NCBI GenBank assembly: GCA_964570365.1
Contig: CAZMXT010000001.1
Span: 73,440 to 137,439, forward strand
DNA length: 64,000 nt
Direction of reading: 5' to 3'
Source: an uncultured Pseudomonadales bacterium
GTDB taxonomy: Bacteria; Patescibacteriota; Microgenomatia; UBA1400; PJMF01
Below are positions 28,803 through 38,390 of this stretch, piece after piece (position 1 is the stretch's first letter; each line of letters starts with the position of its first letter). The notes beneath the pieces are model-generated. The model saw nothing but the letters and a program-made list of their open reading frames with translations. It searched no databases and was not told the DNA's origin. A program made the translations under genes and the position numbers.

Positions 28803-29680
28803 GTCACCTCTTCGTCTTTTTTGAGTTCTTTCTTCTCAACAGCAAGCACAGGTGATAAGTCTTCAGGTTTGACACTTTTCCATTGGTTATTAATTTCTAA
28901 CTCTACCCGTTGATACTTCTCGGCTAACGACGGTTTCTGTTGTAATTCCCAAACTTGGATGTAAACCAAAATTCTATTTATTGCCTGCACTAGCGCCTCA
29001 ATCAGACCCTCTAAACCATCCTGGTAGCCTTTTTTGAGAACGGCGCGTCGAAAGAACTCCATGCTCCCTTTTCGTAGCAGCGTCATAAAAGAAACTGGCG
29101 CAACACTTGATTCATACAAAAGTCTAGCTTCGATGGGGGTCCAACTCGCACTCTTGAGTAAGCCATCTACCGTATTTCGGTGGGTCAGATGTACAAGCGA
29201 ACTATGCAGCTGTACTGATTCACCAGTAAAAACTGGACTCTCATGAATATCACCTTGCCACTTCTCTAGGGCACTCAATCTAAATACTCGGGTAATAAAC
29301 TCACTTTGCCAGCCACCGGATTGAAAGACTTTTCCATACATCATGTTCTGTCGATGGAAAACCAAGGCATTTGCGGTACTGGTCTCAGTTTGGACCAGAA
29401 TTTCTTTAGCGAGTCGTGGAGTCACTCGTTCATCAGCATCAATGTAAAAAACCCACTCAGAACTGGCAGCCTCTTTGCCAATATTTCTCTTCTCTGAAAA
29501 AGAGTGAGTCTGTGAGGCAATTACTTTCGCTCCAGCTCGCTCTGCTATCCCAACAGTTTGATCTTCAGAGTCTGAGTCCACCACGATAATCTCGCTGCAC
29601 CATTGCAGTGCTTCCAAGCAATTCGCGAGCATGAGCTCTTCGTTTTTGGTGATGATGATGGCTGAGATGCTAGGTCGCAT
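28799..29680 (-). CDS. GT2 family glycosyltransferase
   Basis: It has MRPSISAIIITKNEELMLANCLE...IIVVDSDSEDQT...IDADE and is a paralog of 17635-18429. Confidence 0.8.
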   Translation of the reverse strand: MRPSISAIIITKNEELMLANCLEALQWCSEIIVVDSDSEDQTVGIAERAGAKVIASQTHSFSEKRNIGKEAASSEWVFYIDADERVTPRLAKEILVQTETSTANALVFHRQNMMYGKVFQSGGWQSEFITRVFRLSALEKWQGDIHESPVFTGESVQLHSSLVHLTHRNTVDGLLKSASWTPIEARLLYESSVAPVSFMTLLRKGSMEFFRRAVLKKGYQDGLEGLIEALVQAINRILVYIQVWELQQKPSLAEKYQRVELEINNQWKSVKPEDLSPVLAVEKKELKKDEEVT

Positions 29681-29687
29681 GGTATAG

Positions 29688-30692
29688 CTAGATGATTGTC
29701 TGCTTACCCATTCTACCTAAAAGAAAATCAATTGTCGCCCGTCGTTCCGTTGCGTCTCCTAGAACTAGGAAGCGCAGAGCTAAGCGAAAAATATTTGCCT
29801 GGAAGAAGAAGATCTCCGGAACTGCTTTCCAGGCAGGTTTGGGAATTTTTTTGGTTTTTGTTGCAAGAGGGTTGTGCATTTTCTGCAATTCTTGCATAGA
29901 GTAGGAGTATCTTAAGAAAAAGTAAAATCTATTTCGAGTTTGATAGTATCTATTGAGCTCAGAGCCTGCTCCACCTGAGGAACTGGCGTTGGCATGCCAA
30001 ACTTTGGCATCTGGCGCATAAAGAACCTTAAATCCAGCTTGTCGAACTCGGATACTCCAATCCACATCCTCTAAGTAGAGGAAGTACTTTCCCTCAAGTA
30101 CTCCTACTTTTTCGATGACTGAGTAGGGCATGAGCACACAGCAGCCGGTAGCAAAATCTGTTTCTTGAGCTTGATCAAAGTGGCCGCGATCTAGTTCATC
30201 CACTCCCCGATGAAACGCATCCAAGTTTGCCCAGTCAATACTTCCCCCTGCATACCACAAGACTTTTCCTTTTTGCGATGGGGTATAGCTAGCATGGTGG
30301 TACTCGTTACCTGGGGCAAAGTAGATTTTGGGAGTAATCATCCCAACTTTTTCGCTTGACTCAGCGCAGGCGATCAGCTTAGTAAGAAACTCTTCATCTT
30401 GGGTTGTGTCATTGTTTAAAATCAAGATATAATCCGGCTTCTTTTCTCGAGCTACATACTCAATTCCTAAGTTGTTACCATCAGTAAACCCTAAGTTGGT
30501 ATCACTTCTGACAATCACGGTATTTTTAGGCAGCTGTTTCTGAGGAATGATCAGCGCGTCTTTAGAGCCATTATCAACTACCACTGTTGAGACGGTGTAA
30601 CTCTTTCTCTTTATTTTACGCAGTGAATCCAAGCACGCCCGAGTGTCTTGATCGTTATTGTAGTGAACAATGATAATAGCAACGTGAACCAT
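29688..30692 (-). CDS. GT2 family glycosyltransferase
   Basis: It has VAIIIVHYNNDQDTRACLDSL...VVVDNGSKD...ILNNDT...YLEDVDWSIR, a classic GT2 layout. Confidence 0.85.
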   Translation of the reverse strand: MVHVAIIIVHYNNDQDTRACLDSLRKIKRKSYTVSTVVVDNGSKDALIIPQKQLPKNTVIVRSDTNLGFTDGNNLGIEYVAREKKPDYILILNNDTTQDEEFLTKLIACAESSEKVGMITPKIYFAPGNEYHHASYTPSQKGKVLWYAGGSIDWANLDAFHRGVDELDRGHFDQAQETDFATGCCVLMPYSVIEKVGVLEGKYFLYLEDVDWSIRVRQAGFKVLYAPDAKVWHANASSSGGAGSELNRYYQTRNRFYFFLRYSYSMQELQKMHNPLATKTKKIPKPAWKAVPEIFFFQANIFRLALRFLVLGDATERRATIDFLLGRMGKQTII

Positions 30693-30724
30693 GATTGATT
30701 ATTGTACCGCACTTCTGAGGTGCT

Positions 30725-31666
30725 TTACCTTTTTAATCGGCGTCGGAGTTGCCACCAGAGCTTCATCAAGCCATTTGTGTGCTGGACTTGCCAATCAGCA
30801 ATCCAGTAGTTAAGGTCTCTTTGAGAACTTCGCAACCCGGCAATAATATCTCTAGGGACATTCTGTGGATCAGTTGTCTTGAAACCATGTTGCTGCCAGC
30901 TCTTGAGTACCACGCTTAACTGATAAAAAGATTGTAGGTAGCTCAGACTCAAACCATGCATACCCTCTTCAATTCCTTTTTCCGCAAAGCATCTGCGAAA
31001 AAACTCATCCCAGAATGTCTTAATTGTTTTGGCAGGCGAGGTAGAAAATGAAGCTACACTCCCACTAGTAAGCTCGATGGTGCTATAGCGATTTAACCGT
31101 TCGATATACTGCTCGATTGTTTGATAGTGGTGGTGCCGAATTGCCCACTCTTCTTTGGCAGCGAGCTCCTCACAACGTCCGGAGACTTGAGGGGCTGCGT
31201 GAATTGTGTCTTCCCACTGTACGGCACCTCGTCGAAACAAGCGCAGTTGATAGTCTGGCCACCAGCCAGTTTTTTCAATCCAACGATCAAAAATAATGTT
31301 TTTCCGAGGTAAAAAGTATGCGAATGTTTCAGAGTTTTTGTCCTCAACTATAGCGAGAATTTTCTGAGCAAGTTGAGGTGGCACTTCTTCATCAGCATCA
31401 ATCACCAACACCCATTCACCTTTTGCCTTACTAACTGCAAAGTTCCGGGCTGGCTCTACATACTGAACATCTTTATGGGGAAATATATCAGCTGAAAAAT
31501 CTTTAGCTATCTCCAAGGTGTTGTCAGTACTCTCCATATCAACGACAACAATCTGATCTACAAACATCAAAGAACTTAAACACCTTCTCAGCGTTTCCGC
31601 AGAGTTTTTTGTGTTTATAACAGCCGAAATTTTGACGGAATTTTTGTGTTCAATCACATGCCTCAC
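30725..31666 (-). CDS. GT2 family glycosyltransferase
   Basis: It has ISAVINTKNSAETLRRCLSSL...IVVVDMESTDNT...VIDADEE. Confidence 0.8.
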   Translation of the reverse strand: MRHVIEHKNSVKISAVINTKNSAETLRRCLSSLMFVDQIVVVDMESTDNTLEIAKDFSADIFPHKDVQYVEPARNFAVSKAKGEWVLVIDADEEVPPQLAQKILAIVEDKNSETFAYFLPRKNIIFDRWIEKTGWWPDYQLRLFRRGAVQWEDTIHAAPQVSGRCEELAAKEEWAIRHHHYQTIEQYIERLNRYSTIELTSGSVASFSTSPAKTIKTFWDEFFRRCFAEKGIEEGMHGLSLSYLQSFYQLSVVLKSWQQHGFKTTDPQNVPRDIIAGLRSSQRDLNYWIADWQVQHTNGLMKLWWQLRRRLKR

Positions 31667-32271
31667 TTATTAATTTTTATGACTGTCTCATTTAACCACA
31701 TTTTATCTTTTAAGAACTCCACTTCATGTTTGCGGTAATCAAAGAGCCCATTTGCCCGACGAAGGTCATCAGAACTACGTAAAAAAAATAGCTGGATATT
31801 TCCAGCACCATCTTGGAAAACTGCAGTACCCTCATTTTGGAAGCGAGTTGTTTGGTTTGGAAGCTTTCTTTCCACCAGTAACTCTGAGAGGGAGGGTCGG
31901 CCACGCACAATGATCTCCTGACTACTTAATAACGGCGAGTGAAATTCTAGCAAGACTGTCTCTTGAGCTTCAGGATTGGGAATCGGGTTCTTCATCTCTA
32001 GTGTGCCAGTTAAAGTAACCAGCTCGCGGTTAAAGGTAAAGTTGCCAGGAGAATAATGTTCTCGGAACTTCCAGTACTTTTGCGGATCTAGAGTTTGGGT
32101 TTCTTCCAGTTGCTTTAGAAAAGTCTCTAGAGTCATTGCCCTGCGCGCTGCAAAAAGTTGGTGCGAGAAGCTGGGTACTAGGAGCAAGGCCAGCAACAAC
32201 ATACTTAGACCCACGAAAGCAGTAAAAAATACTGAGACGGATTTTTTAGCTCTAGGATACAATGAGGACAT
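31663..32271 (-). CDS. membrane-anchored hypothetical protein (N-terminal TM plus soluble domain)
   Basis: A 202-aa protein with one N-terminal TM helix (VFFTAFVGLSMLLLALLLVP) and no recognised motif. Its start codon overlaps the start of the divergent 32270 gene (CATG). Confidence 0.45.
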   Translation of the reverse strand: MSSLYPRAKKSVSVFFTAFVGLSMLLLALLLVPSFSHQLFAARRAMTLETFLKQLEETQTLDPQKYWKFREHYSPGNFTFNRELVTLTGTLEMKNPIPNPEAQETVLLEFHSPLLSSQEIIVRGRPSLSELLVERKLPNQTTRFQNEGTAVFQDGAGNIQLFFLRSSDDLRRANGLFDYRKHEVEFLKDKMWLNETVIKINK

Positions 32272-33994
32272 GCGATTTTTAGCTCAGCAACTTTGGCGTA
32301 GCAAAGATATTTTATACTGTCTACTCCTTTTCATTGTAGCACTGGTTTTCTCCCTAGACCTCTTCTTACATCAGGGGCGGCCAGCTACTTTTGATGGACC
32401 AACTCACCTAACAACGATGGCTCAATTCTTCTTAGGGATGAAAGATGGGCAGTTCCCAGTCAGCTGGGCAGATGGCTTTGCAAACTATGGCATGCCTATT
32501 CCTTTGATTGCTCAGCAACTGACTTCTTACTTAGGTGGTGCATTCATTTTTTTTACTCGGGATGTGGTTTTGGCCTATAACCTGGTAGTATTGCTCGGAG
32601 CAGTCCTTTCTACTTGCTTTTTTTACGCTTTTCTACGCTTATTTTTTAAACAAGAAAGCTCCTTAGCGGGGAGTATTCTGTTCAGTTTAGCGCCCTATCG
32701 AATCATCAACATTTATACTCGTGGAGCCATCCCTGAATTTTTTGTGGCGGTTTTTATTCCCTTAATTGCGATTGGTATGGTCACTTTTTTTCGTGATAAA
32801 AAGAACTGGGGTTTACCCGTTTTTCTAATAGGACTGTGTGGACTAATTTTGAGTCACCCCATGATGCTCGTACCTGCCAGTTTTATCTTAGCTCCGGTCG
32901 CTCTGGTAGCCAGCTGGTCTTGCTGGAAAAACTGGCGTCAAGTACTTGTGATTGGCTTTTTGACTGGAGCCGCTTTTGCGCTTACTGCCTACTACTTGGT
33001 TCCGCTATTTGGAGAAATTAAGTATTTATATTATGGACAAGGAACCAAGCACTTTATTTCCAACAACTTCCTGACCTGGAAGAACTACTTCCAACCTGCA
33101 TGGCCGTACTACACTGCTACAGATATTGGACCACGCGGCCAGTACTTTCATCTTGGAACAGTGGAAATGGTGGCACTACTTGCCGGTGCTGTGGTCACCG
33201 TTATCCGCTTTATAAGAAAACCGCACCGAAACCTGACGGTGTTAGATGGCGCATTAATCGTCACCGGAGTTATTATTTTCTTCACTCTCTCTGTGTCTGA
33301 ACCGTTATACAGAGCTCTTTTACCATTAAATAATATTCAACATCCCTGGCGCATGTTAACTGCGCTGATTTTTTTGCCACCATTTATTTTGGCCTATCTT
33401 CTGGATCAAATGAAAGCTCTGCAAAAATACCAATACTGGTTGGCCGGCGCAGCCGTCCTCCTAATTTGTGGTCTTCGCTTCCCTCAGCTCTACGGCAAGA
33501 ATTATATCTGGTATCCAGATTCTTTTTACTACTTCACCCCGATTAACTTGCATGGCGAGGTCTTAAATACGATCTGGACCGGGAGCAGCAGAGACTACTC
33601 GATCCAGTCCCAAAAGGCTCAGATTATTGGCGGCAACGGGCAGATCGCACAGATGAACGTACTGACCGGCCAACGTCAGTATCAAGTTTCCGCCACGACT
33701 CCGATCCGAATGGTGGACTACACCTTCTACTTCCCTGGTTGGAAGGCATATGTAGATGGACAAGAAGTACCCATAGAGTTCCAAGATATGAATTACCGGG
33801 GCGTAATTACGTATCAAGTTCCAGAAGGAAACCATCAGGTAATGTTGCGTTTTGAAGATACGAAGATGAGACTCTTGGGTAAAGTGGTGACCGTATCTAC
33901 GGTGATCAGCCTAGTTATGATCTACTTTTGTCTTAGACTGCGTAACTCAGCAAAGAGTTTTTCCCGACCGAGCAAGAAGAAAACAGCTAAGTAA
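32270..33994 (+). CDS. large polytopic membrane protein, GQFP-RW motif family (GT-C candidate)
   Basis: N-terminal loop FDGPTHLTTMAQFFLGMKDGQFPVSWADGFANYGMPIPLIAQQL. It is a paralog of 14868 and 35399 and is 574 aa. Confidence 0.65.
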   Translation: MRFLAQQLWRSKDILYCLLLFIVALVFSLDLFLHQGRPATFDGPTHLTTMAQFFLGMKDGQFPVSWADGFANYGMPIPLIAQQLTSYLGGAFIFFTRDVVLAYNLVVLLGAVLSTCFFYAFLRLFFKQESSLAGSILFSLAPYRIINIYTRGAIPEFFVAVFIPLIAIGMVTFFRDKKNWGLPVFLIGLCGLILSHPMMLVPASFILAPVALVASWSCWKNWRQVLVIGFLTGAAFALTAYYLVPLFGEIKYLYYGQGTKHFISNNFLTWKNYFQPAWPYYTATDIGPRGQYFHLGTVEMVALLAGAVVTVIRFIRKPHRNLTVLDGALIVTGVIIFFTLSVSEPLYRALLPLNNIQHPWRMLTALIFLPPFILAYLLDQMKALQKYQYWLAGAAVLLICGLRFPQLYGKNYIWYPDSFYYFTPINLHGEVLNTIWTGSSRDYSIQSQKAQIIGGNGQIAQMNVLTGQRQYQVSATTPIRMVDYTFYFPGWKAYVDGQEVPIEFQDMNYRGVITYQVPEGNHQVMLRFEDTKMRLLGKVVTVSTVISLVMIYFCLRLRNSAKSFSRPSKKKTAK

Positions 33995-35406
33995 ACCAGC
34001 ACCGTTAAGATCATTCCAGAGACCATATTTGGAAAACTTCTGGACCACACCCCACTTAAACTCACCCCAACTAAGGCCATTGCCCCTGCAGCTACTAACT
34101 GTCGCCAGGTATTTTCCCAGACCTGAACTGGCAGTATCTTACGCACATACCAAATTGGTAACACGGAACTAAACGAGATAATAAATGCCGCAATTGCCAC
34201 TCCTTGAAAGCCAAACCACCAAATCATTAAAGGCGTTAAAATCCAGGTTAAAGAGGTCCACATAATCATTAACTTTAATGTCACATCAATCTTACCAATT
34301 GCACTCAGCGTATTGGTCAGGGGAGTAGAAATTGCTCCCCAGCCAATGCTTAAGGTAAACAGAATAAAGGTCAATAATGCTGGCTGCCACTTTTGATACT
34401 TCGCCACCAGTGATATGAAGGGTCCAATAAAAACACACATCCCAATGAGTAGTGGGAAAATGGAGAGTGAGATAAAAAATAAGGTTTTTTCGATTGCCTT
34501 GCGCAGCAGATTACGATCGTGTTGCAATCTTGAGTATGTGGGGAAGGTAATTGCAATCACGTTCTGGACCGTCAACTGGTAGGGAACTTGAGACCATTGC
34601 TTGGCAAAGTTAATGTAGCCAAATTCCTGTAAAGGCAAAAATAAGCCCAGGAAAAGATAAAAAAGCTGATCCTTAATCCTTGCTAGAAAATCATTGAGCT
34701 GGAACTTGGTACCCGTCCCCAGCATAGTCCGCAAAGCCACCCGATTGAGTGCAAAGCCAATTGGCCACCGTTGAATTAGATACATGACCAGTACTCCGAG
34801 TATAGAGCGCAGCAAAATCGCATACATATAGGACTGGACCCCGAAGCCATTTACGGCTAAATAAACCAAGATGCCATAGTACGTTAGCTGCTCAACTACC
34901 TGGGGAAAAACCATTTTAGAGAAATCTAACCTGCGTTCGAGAATTACTGAAGGAATAGTTTTTAAACTGGCTAAAGGGAAAGAGATACCCAAGGCGAGTA
35001 AAACGAATACGCCATTGGCGCCAATCTTTGGGGTTAAAACCCCACTCATCGCTAAACCTACCGTAATCAAGAAGATGAACCAAGATAAGATCTGCTGAAC
35101 CGTAAAAACGGTACGGTACTCGGTGACCGTCGGCGAGTCTTTTTTCTGAATCAGCGCAGACGCTAAACCAATATCAGAAAAAAACGTCAGTAAACCAATA
35201 ATGCTGGTCACCACTCCGTAAATGCCAAACTCTTGAACTGTTAGGTATGCTCCCAAGACAAAAGATGCACCTAAACCAATAAGGTGTAGCAGCAGTGTAC
35301 GAGCCATGTACGAGGCAGCCCCAGAAACGGATTTGCGCTTAATCTCTTGGACTTCTTCTGCGCCAATTCCTTCTAGCGAAGTTGTGACAGCAGCTGTTTC
35401 AGACAT
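33922..35406 (-). CDS. Wzx-like flippase / polysaccharide biosynthesis protein (MOP superfamily)
   Basis: It has about 12-14 predicted TM helices. The start is placed at MSETAAV (ATG 35404-35406), giving an 8-bp overlap with the upstream gene; the track's longer ORF starts at 35442. No soluble domain is present. Confidence 0.6.
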   Translation of the reverse strand: MSETAAVTTSLEGIGAEEVQEIKRKSVSGAASYMARTLLLHLIGLGASFVLGAYLTVQEFGIYGVVTSIIGLLTFFSDIGLASALIQKKDSPTVTEYRTVFTVQQILSWFIFLITVGLAMSGVLTPKIGANGVFVLLALGISFPLASLKTIPSVILERRLDFSKMVFPQVVEQLTYYGILVYLAVNGFGVQSYMYAILLRSILGVLVMYLIQRWPIGFALNRVALRTMLGTGTKFQLNDFLARIKDQLFYLFLGLFLPLQEFGYINFAKQWSQVPYQLTVQNVIAITFPTYSRLQHDRNLLRKAIEKTLFFISLSIFPLLIGMCVFIGPFISLVAKYQKWQPALLTFILFTLSIGWGAISTPLTNTLSAIGKIDVTLKLMIMWTSLTWILTPLMIWWFGFQGVAIAAFIISFSSVLPIWYVRKILPVQVWENTWRQLVAAGAMALVGVSLSGVWSRSFPNMVSGMILTVLVYLAVFFLLGREKLFAELRSLRQK

Positions 35407-37096
35407 TATTTTGTTTACTTTCTGTGTGGTGGAAGATAACATACCCGAGTAAGATAACTCCGCTAATCGCAGAAATCGTATCGGCTAAACTTCTAATTGG
35501 GGTACTGCCAAACTCAAAACCCAGTAAATGTTCACCCGCTGGCACGTCTGCGGCGATCGTACCGTGTTGACCCAGTCTTTTCACTAATGGCGTTTTGCCA
35601 TCCAGTTCTACCTGCCAACCTGGAAAGTCAGCCACCATCAGATCAAATGTCGCCGGACTCGTAAATGTAGTTCTAAATAACTTCTGATGTCCCCGATCGA
35701 CCAGCACCTCCACCTTTGACTCTGTACCTCCTGGAACTAAGTACTTTTCAGTTGGAGGTGTTAATTCTGAAGCCATCTGGATAGGAATATAATCTGGCAG
35801 AATACTGCTCATCTCGCTTCTAATCCGTTCTGGAGAACTGTAGTAAAAGCTATCCGTATTTTCTAAGTAGCTTTCGGGGCGAAAAAAGAACGTATTTCCA
35901 ATCAGCAACACTCCGCCAAGTAGCAGCACATATAAGTACCGGACCATTTTGTGTGTAATTAAAGTTACGCTTGCTCCAGCCAGTAGGGCGATAAAAACGG
36001 CGGCCACTGACAAATACCGCCAAGGGAACTGAACAAAGTGGAGCAAAGGAATGTGATCCCAGATTGGTTGGGACTTCAGCAACGTCATAAATAAACTCAG
36101 TCCCAGAAGAGCTAAAAGTACTGCATAGAATCCATTTCGGGAACGTAAGAATTGCTTGGGGGATAGAGTTTTTGCTCTGCGCAGCAACAACACTGCTAGA
36201 ACTATCAGAGCAATTATTTGGCCTGCACCCAAGAAAAAAGAAATATCATCTTGAGGCCCCCAGCTCGAACCGCCGTACTTCCAGTTGGCAGAAAAGAACT
36301 GACGAATATAGAGGAAGTGTTGCGAGTAATGGAAGTAGCCAGTCAGGATTTTATCAATTTGGGTAAATGACTTTTCGGCAAAAGAAGGAAGCAAGTAAAA
36401 GGCAGCACTACCAAGTGCTAGAAGGTAGGCACCTCCTACTTGAGCGATTGCTCTACCAATACTTAGCTGTTTATTTCTCTCCCAGAACCAAATCGCAACG
36501 GCAAAAGCCAAACTAAAAGGTAAAAAGATCAAAGTAGACACATTGTGGCTTAAAAACAGCGTAATCAAGCTGAGCGTTAAAGTAATGAACCCAGTCTTTT
36601 CTTTGCGATAAATCTGCAAAATTCCGAGCAAAATCCACGGCATGGCCATAATGGCCCATGACTCGCTCAAAGCTCCTCGGACAAACAGATTCACTGCCCG
36701 GTACGGAGCCAACGTAAGGCAAAAAGCGGTGAAAATGCCACCTGACCGACCAAACATTCTCGCACCTAATTTATAAGCTCCCAAGGCAGTACCCACAGCT
36801 GTCATCAAGTAAAGTAGCTTAATTGAAGCAACTAAATCAAAACCTAGCCAGTGCCAAAAGGCACCCACATAGTAAGGAAGTGGCGCATAAAACTCATATA
36901 AAGGCATTCCATATCCATACCCGAAGTTGGCTGACCAGCGCACTGGGAACTGACCTTCTTGAAGAGCCAAAAGCATCTCCCCAATTCTGGCTCCATGAAC
37001 ATAGTCATGAACTCGAAAAAAACTAGGATGCAGCAACGACCAGGAACTAGCCAAGACAGCGAGCAGGAGAGAAAAACCAACCAATACTTTTTTCAT
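35399..37096 (-). CDS. large polytopic membrane protein, GQFP-RW motif family (GT-C candidate)
   Basis: N-terminal loop FRVHDYVHGARIGEMLLALQEGQFPVRWSANFGYGYGMPLYEFYAPLPYY. It is 565 aa. Confidence 0.65.
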   Translation of the reverse strand: MKKVLVGFSLLLAVLASSWSLLHPSFFRVHDYVHGARIGEMLLALQEGQFPVRWSANFGYGYGMPLYEFYAPLPYYVGAFWHWLGFDLVASIKLLYLMTAVGTALGAYKLGARMFGRSGGIFTAFCLTLAPYRAVNLFVRGALSESWAIMAMPWILLGILQIYRKEKTGFITLTLSLITLFLSHNVSTLIFLPFSLAFAVAIWFWERNKQLSIGRAIAQVGGAYLLALGSAAFYLLPSFAEKSFTQIDKILTGYFHYSQHFLYIRQFFSANWKYGGSSWGPQDDISFFLGAGQIIALIVLAVLLLRRAKTLSPKQFLRSRNGFYAVLLALLGLSLFMTLLKSQPIWDHIPLLHFVQFPWRYLSVAAVFIALLAGASVTLITHKMVRYLYVLLLGGVLLIGNTFFFRPESYLENTDSFYYSSPERIRSEMSSILPDYIPIQMASELTPPTEKYLVPGGTESKVEVLVDRGHQKLFRTTFTSPATFDLMVADFPGWQVELDGKTPLVKRLGQHGTIAADVPAGEHLLGFEFGSTPIRSLADTISAISGVILLGYVIFHHTESKQNNV

Positions 37097-37119
37097 TGCT
37101 TCAGTTATTCTAATACAGT

Positions 37120-38190
37120 ATGCCGCAAAGGTCTGAACTTCTCAAAGTGATTCTTCAAACTGTTGCAGTGACTTTGCTTTTGGTCATTCTACTCTTTGGC
37201 GCCACTGCTGGGGTACTAGGATTCTATGCGTACAGACAAGCAAAGCTTTTTAGCGACAGCGCAGGCGTGTCTATTCCAGAGCTGATTGAAGTTGCTCGAG
37301 CTGGCTGGAGAGTCCAACCGCGTCAAAATAATCAACGAGTCAATTTTTTAATCTTAGGCACTGATGAACTTGCTTCCCGCGGAACTGTACCAGTCCTAAC
37401 AGACACCATGATGGTGGCATCTTTGAACCTGAATAATGGTCAACTAAATATGCTCTCTGTACCTCGAGATCTTTGGTCTGCTGAGTACCAAACTCGAATT
37501 AACGCCTTATATACTTATGGAAAAGACCGCTACCCTGACGAACCCGCGCGATTTCCTCGTGAAGTCATTGAAGAGCTCTTCGAGCTCCAAACTAATTACA
37601 CAGTCATTTTAAAGTTAGAGACTGTTGGAGAATTGATTGATGCTATCGGCGGAGTAGAAGTTGAAGTACAAGAAACATTTGTCGACCCGCTCTTTCCTCG
37701 CCCAGAAGTTGACGTGACAGTTGAACGAGATCCTCAAAAGCTCTATCAAACCGTCATTTTTACGGAAGGAACAGAAAAGATGACTGGCGAACGAGCCCTA
37801 CAGTACATCAGGAGCCGTCACTCCACAGGGAATCAGGGGGATGACGTAGCTCGCTCTGTCCGCCAACAAGCGGTCATCACCAGTTTGATCGCAACCCTGC
37901 GGCAACCTTCATTTTATAAAGATTTTTCTCGAGCCGGAAAGCTGTACTCTTTTTATCAAAAAGAATTTGCACAGTTTATTCCTATTACCGAGGTAATTGG
38001 CATGGTAAAACAGTTATATCCAGTGAAAAATCAAGTCAGCCTACAAAGCCACTCATTAAGTATATTTCCTGACGAACCAACTGGGTCAATTACTCACCCT
38101 CCAGTTAATAGGTATCAAGGCCAATGGGTATATGAAGTTCGAGATAAAGCAGCGCTGGAGCAAGAGGTCCATCAAAAATTACAACTATGA
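37120..38190 (+). CDS. LytR-CpsA-Psr (LCP) family glycopolymer/phosphotransferase ligase
   Basis: An N-terminal TM anchor is followed by NFLILGTDE...VLTDTMMVASLN...LSVPRDL, the hallmark LCP motifs. Confidence 0.85.
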   Translation: MPQRSELLKVILQTVAVTLLLVILLFGATAGVLGFYAYRQAKLFSDSAGVSIPELIEVARAGWRVQPRQNNQRVNFLILGTDELASRGTVPVLTDTMMVASLNLNNGQLNMLSVPRDLWSAEYQTRINALYTYGKDRYPDEPARFPREVIEELFELQTNYTVILKLETVGELIDAIGGVEVEVQETFVDPLFPRPEVDVTVERDPQKLYQTVIFTEGTEKMTGERALQYIRSRHSTGNQGDDVARSVRQQAVITSLIATLRQPSFYKDFSRAGKLYSFYQKEFAQFIPITEVIGMVKQLYPVKNQVSLQSHSLSIFPDEPTGSITHPPVNRYQGQWVYEVRDKAALEQEVHQKLQL

Positions 38191-38390
38191 CACTTCGCCA
38201 ATCTCACCAGCCACTCAGTCACAAGCTAGTCATGCGGATATCTGTTACAATCATCATCATTCTGACTCTTCTAGTTGGCTACTACGAATCAACTTTATAT
38301 ATTTGGCAGACCAATCACCGAAGCGCGCTAGAAAAATTTAACGTCAATACAACCAAAGAATTACTTAAGTTAGAGGTGGAGACCAAATGA
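38187..38390 (+). CDS. small membrane protein (67 aa), hypothetical
   Basis: One TM helix ([14 protein letters not shown]). ATGA overlaps at both ends (38187-38190 and 38387-38390) suggest translational coupling between the LCP gene and rmlB. Confidence 0.35.
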   Translation: MTLRQSHQPLSHKLVMRISVTIIIILTLLVGYYESTLYIWQTNHRSALEKFNVNTTKELLKLEVETK

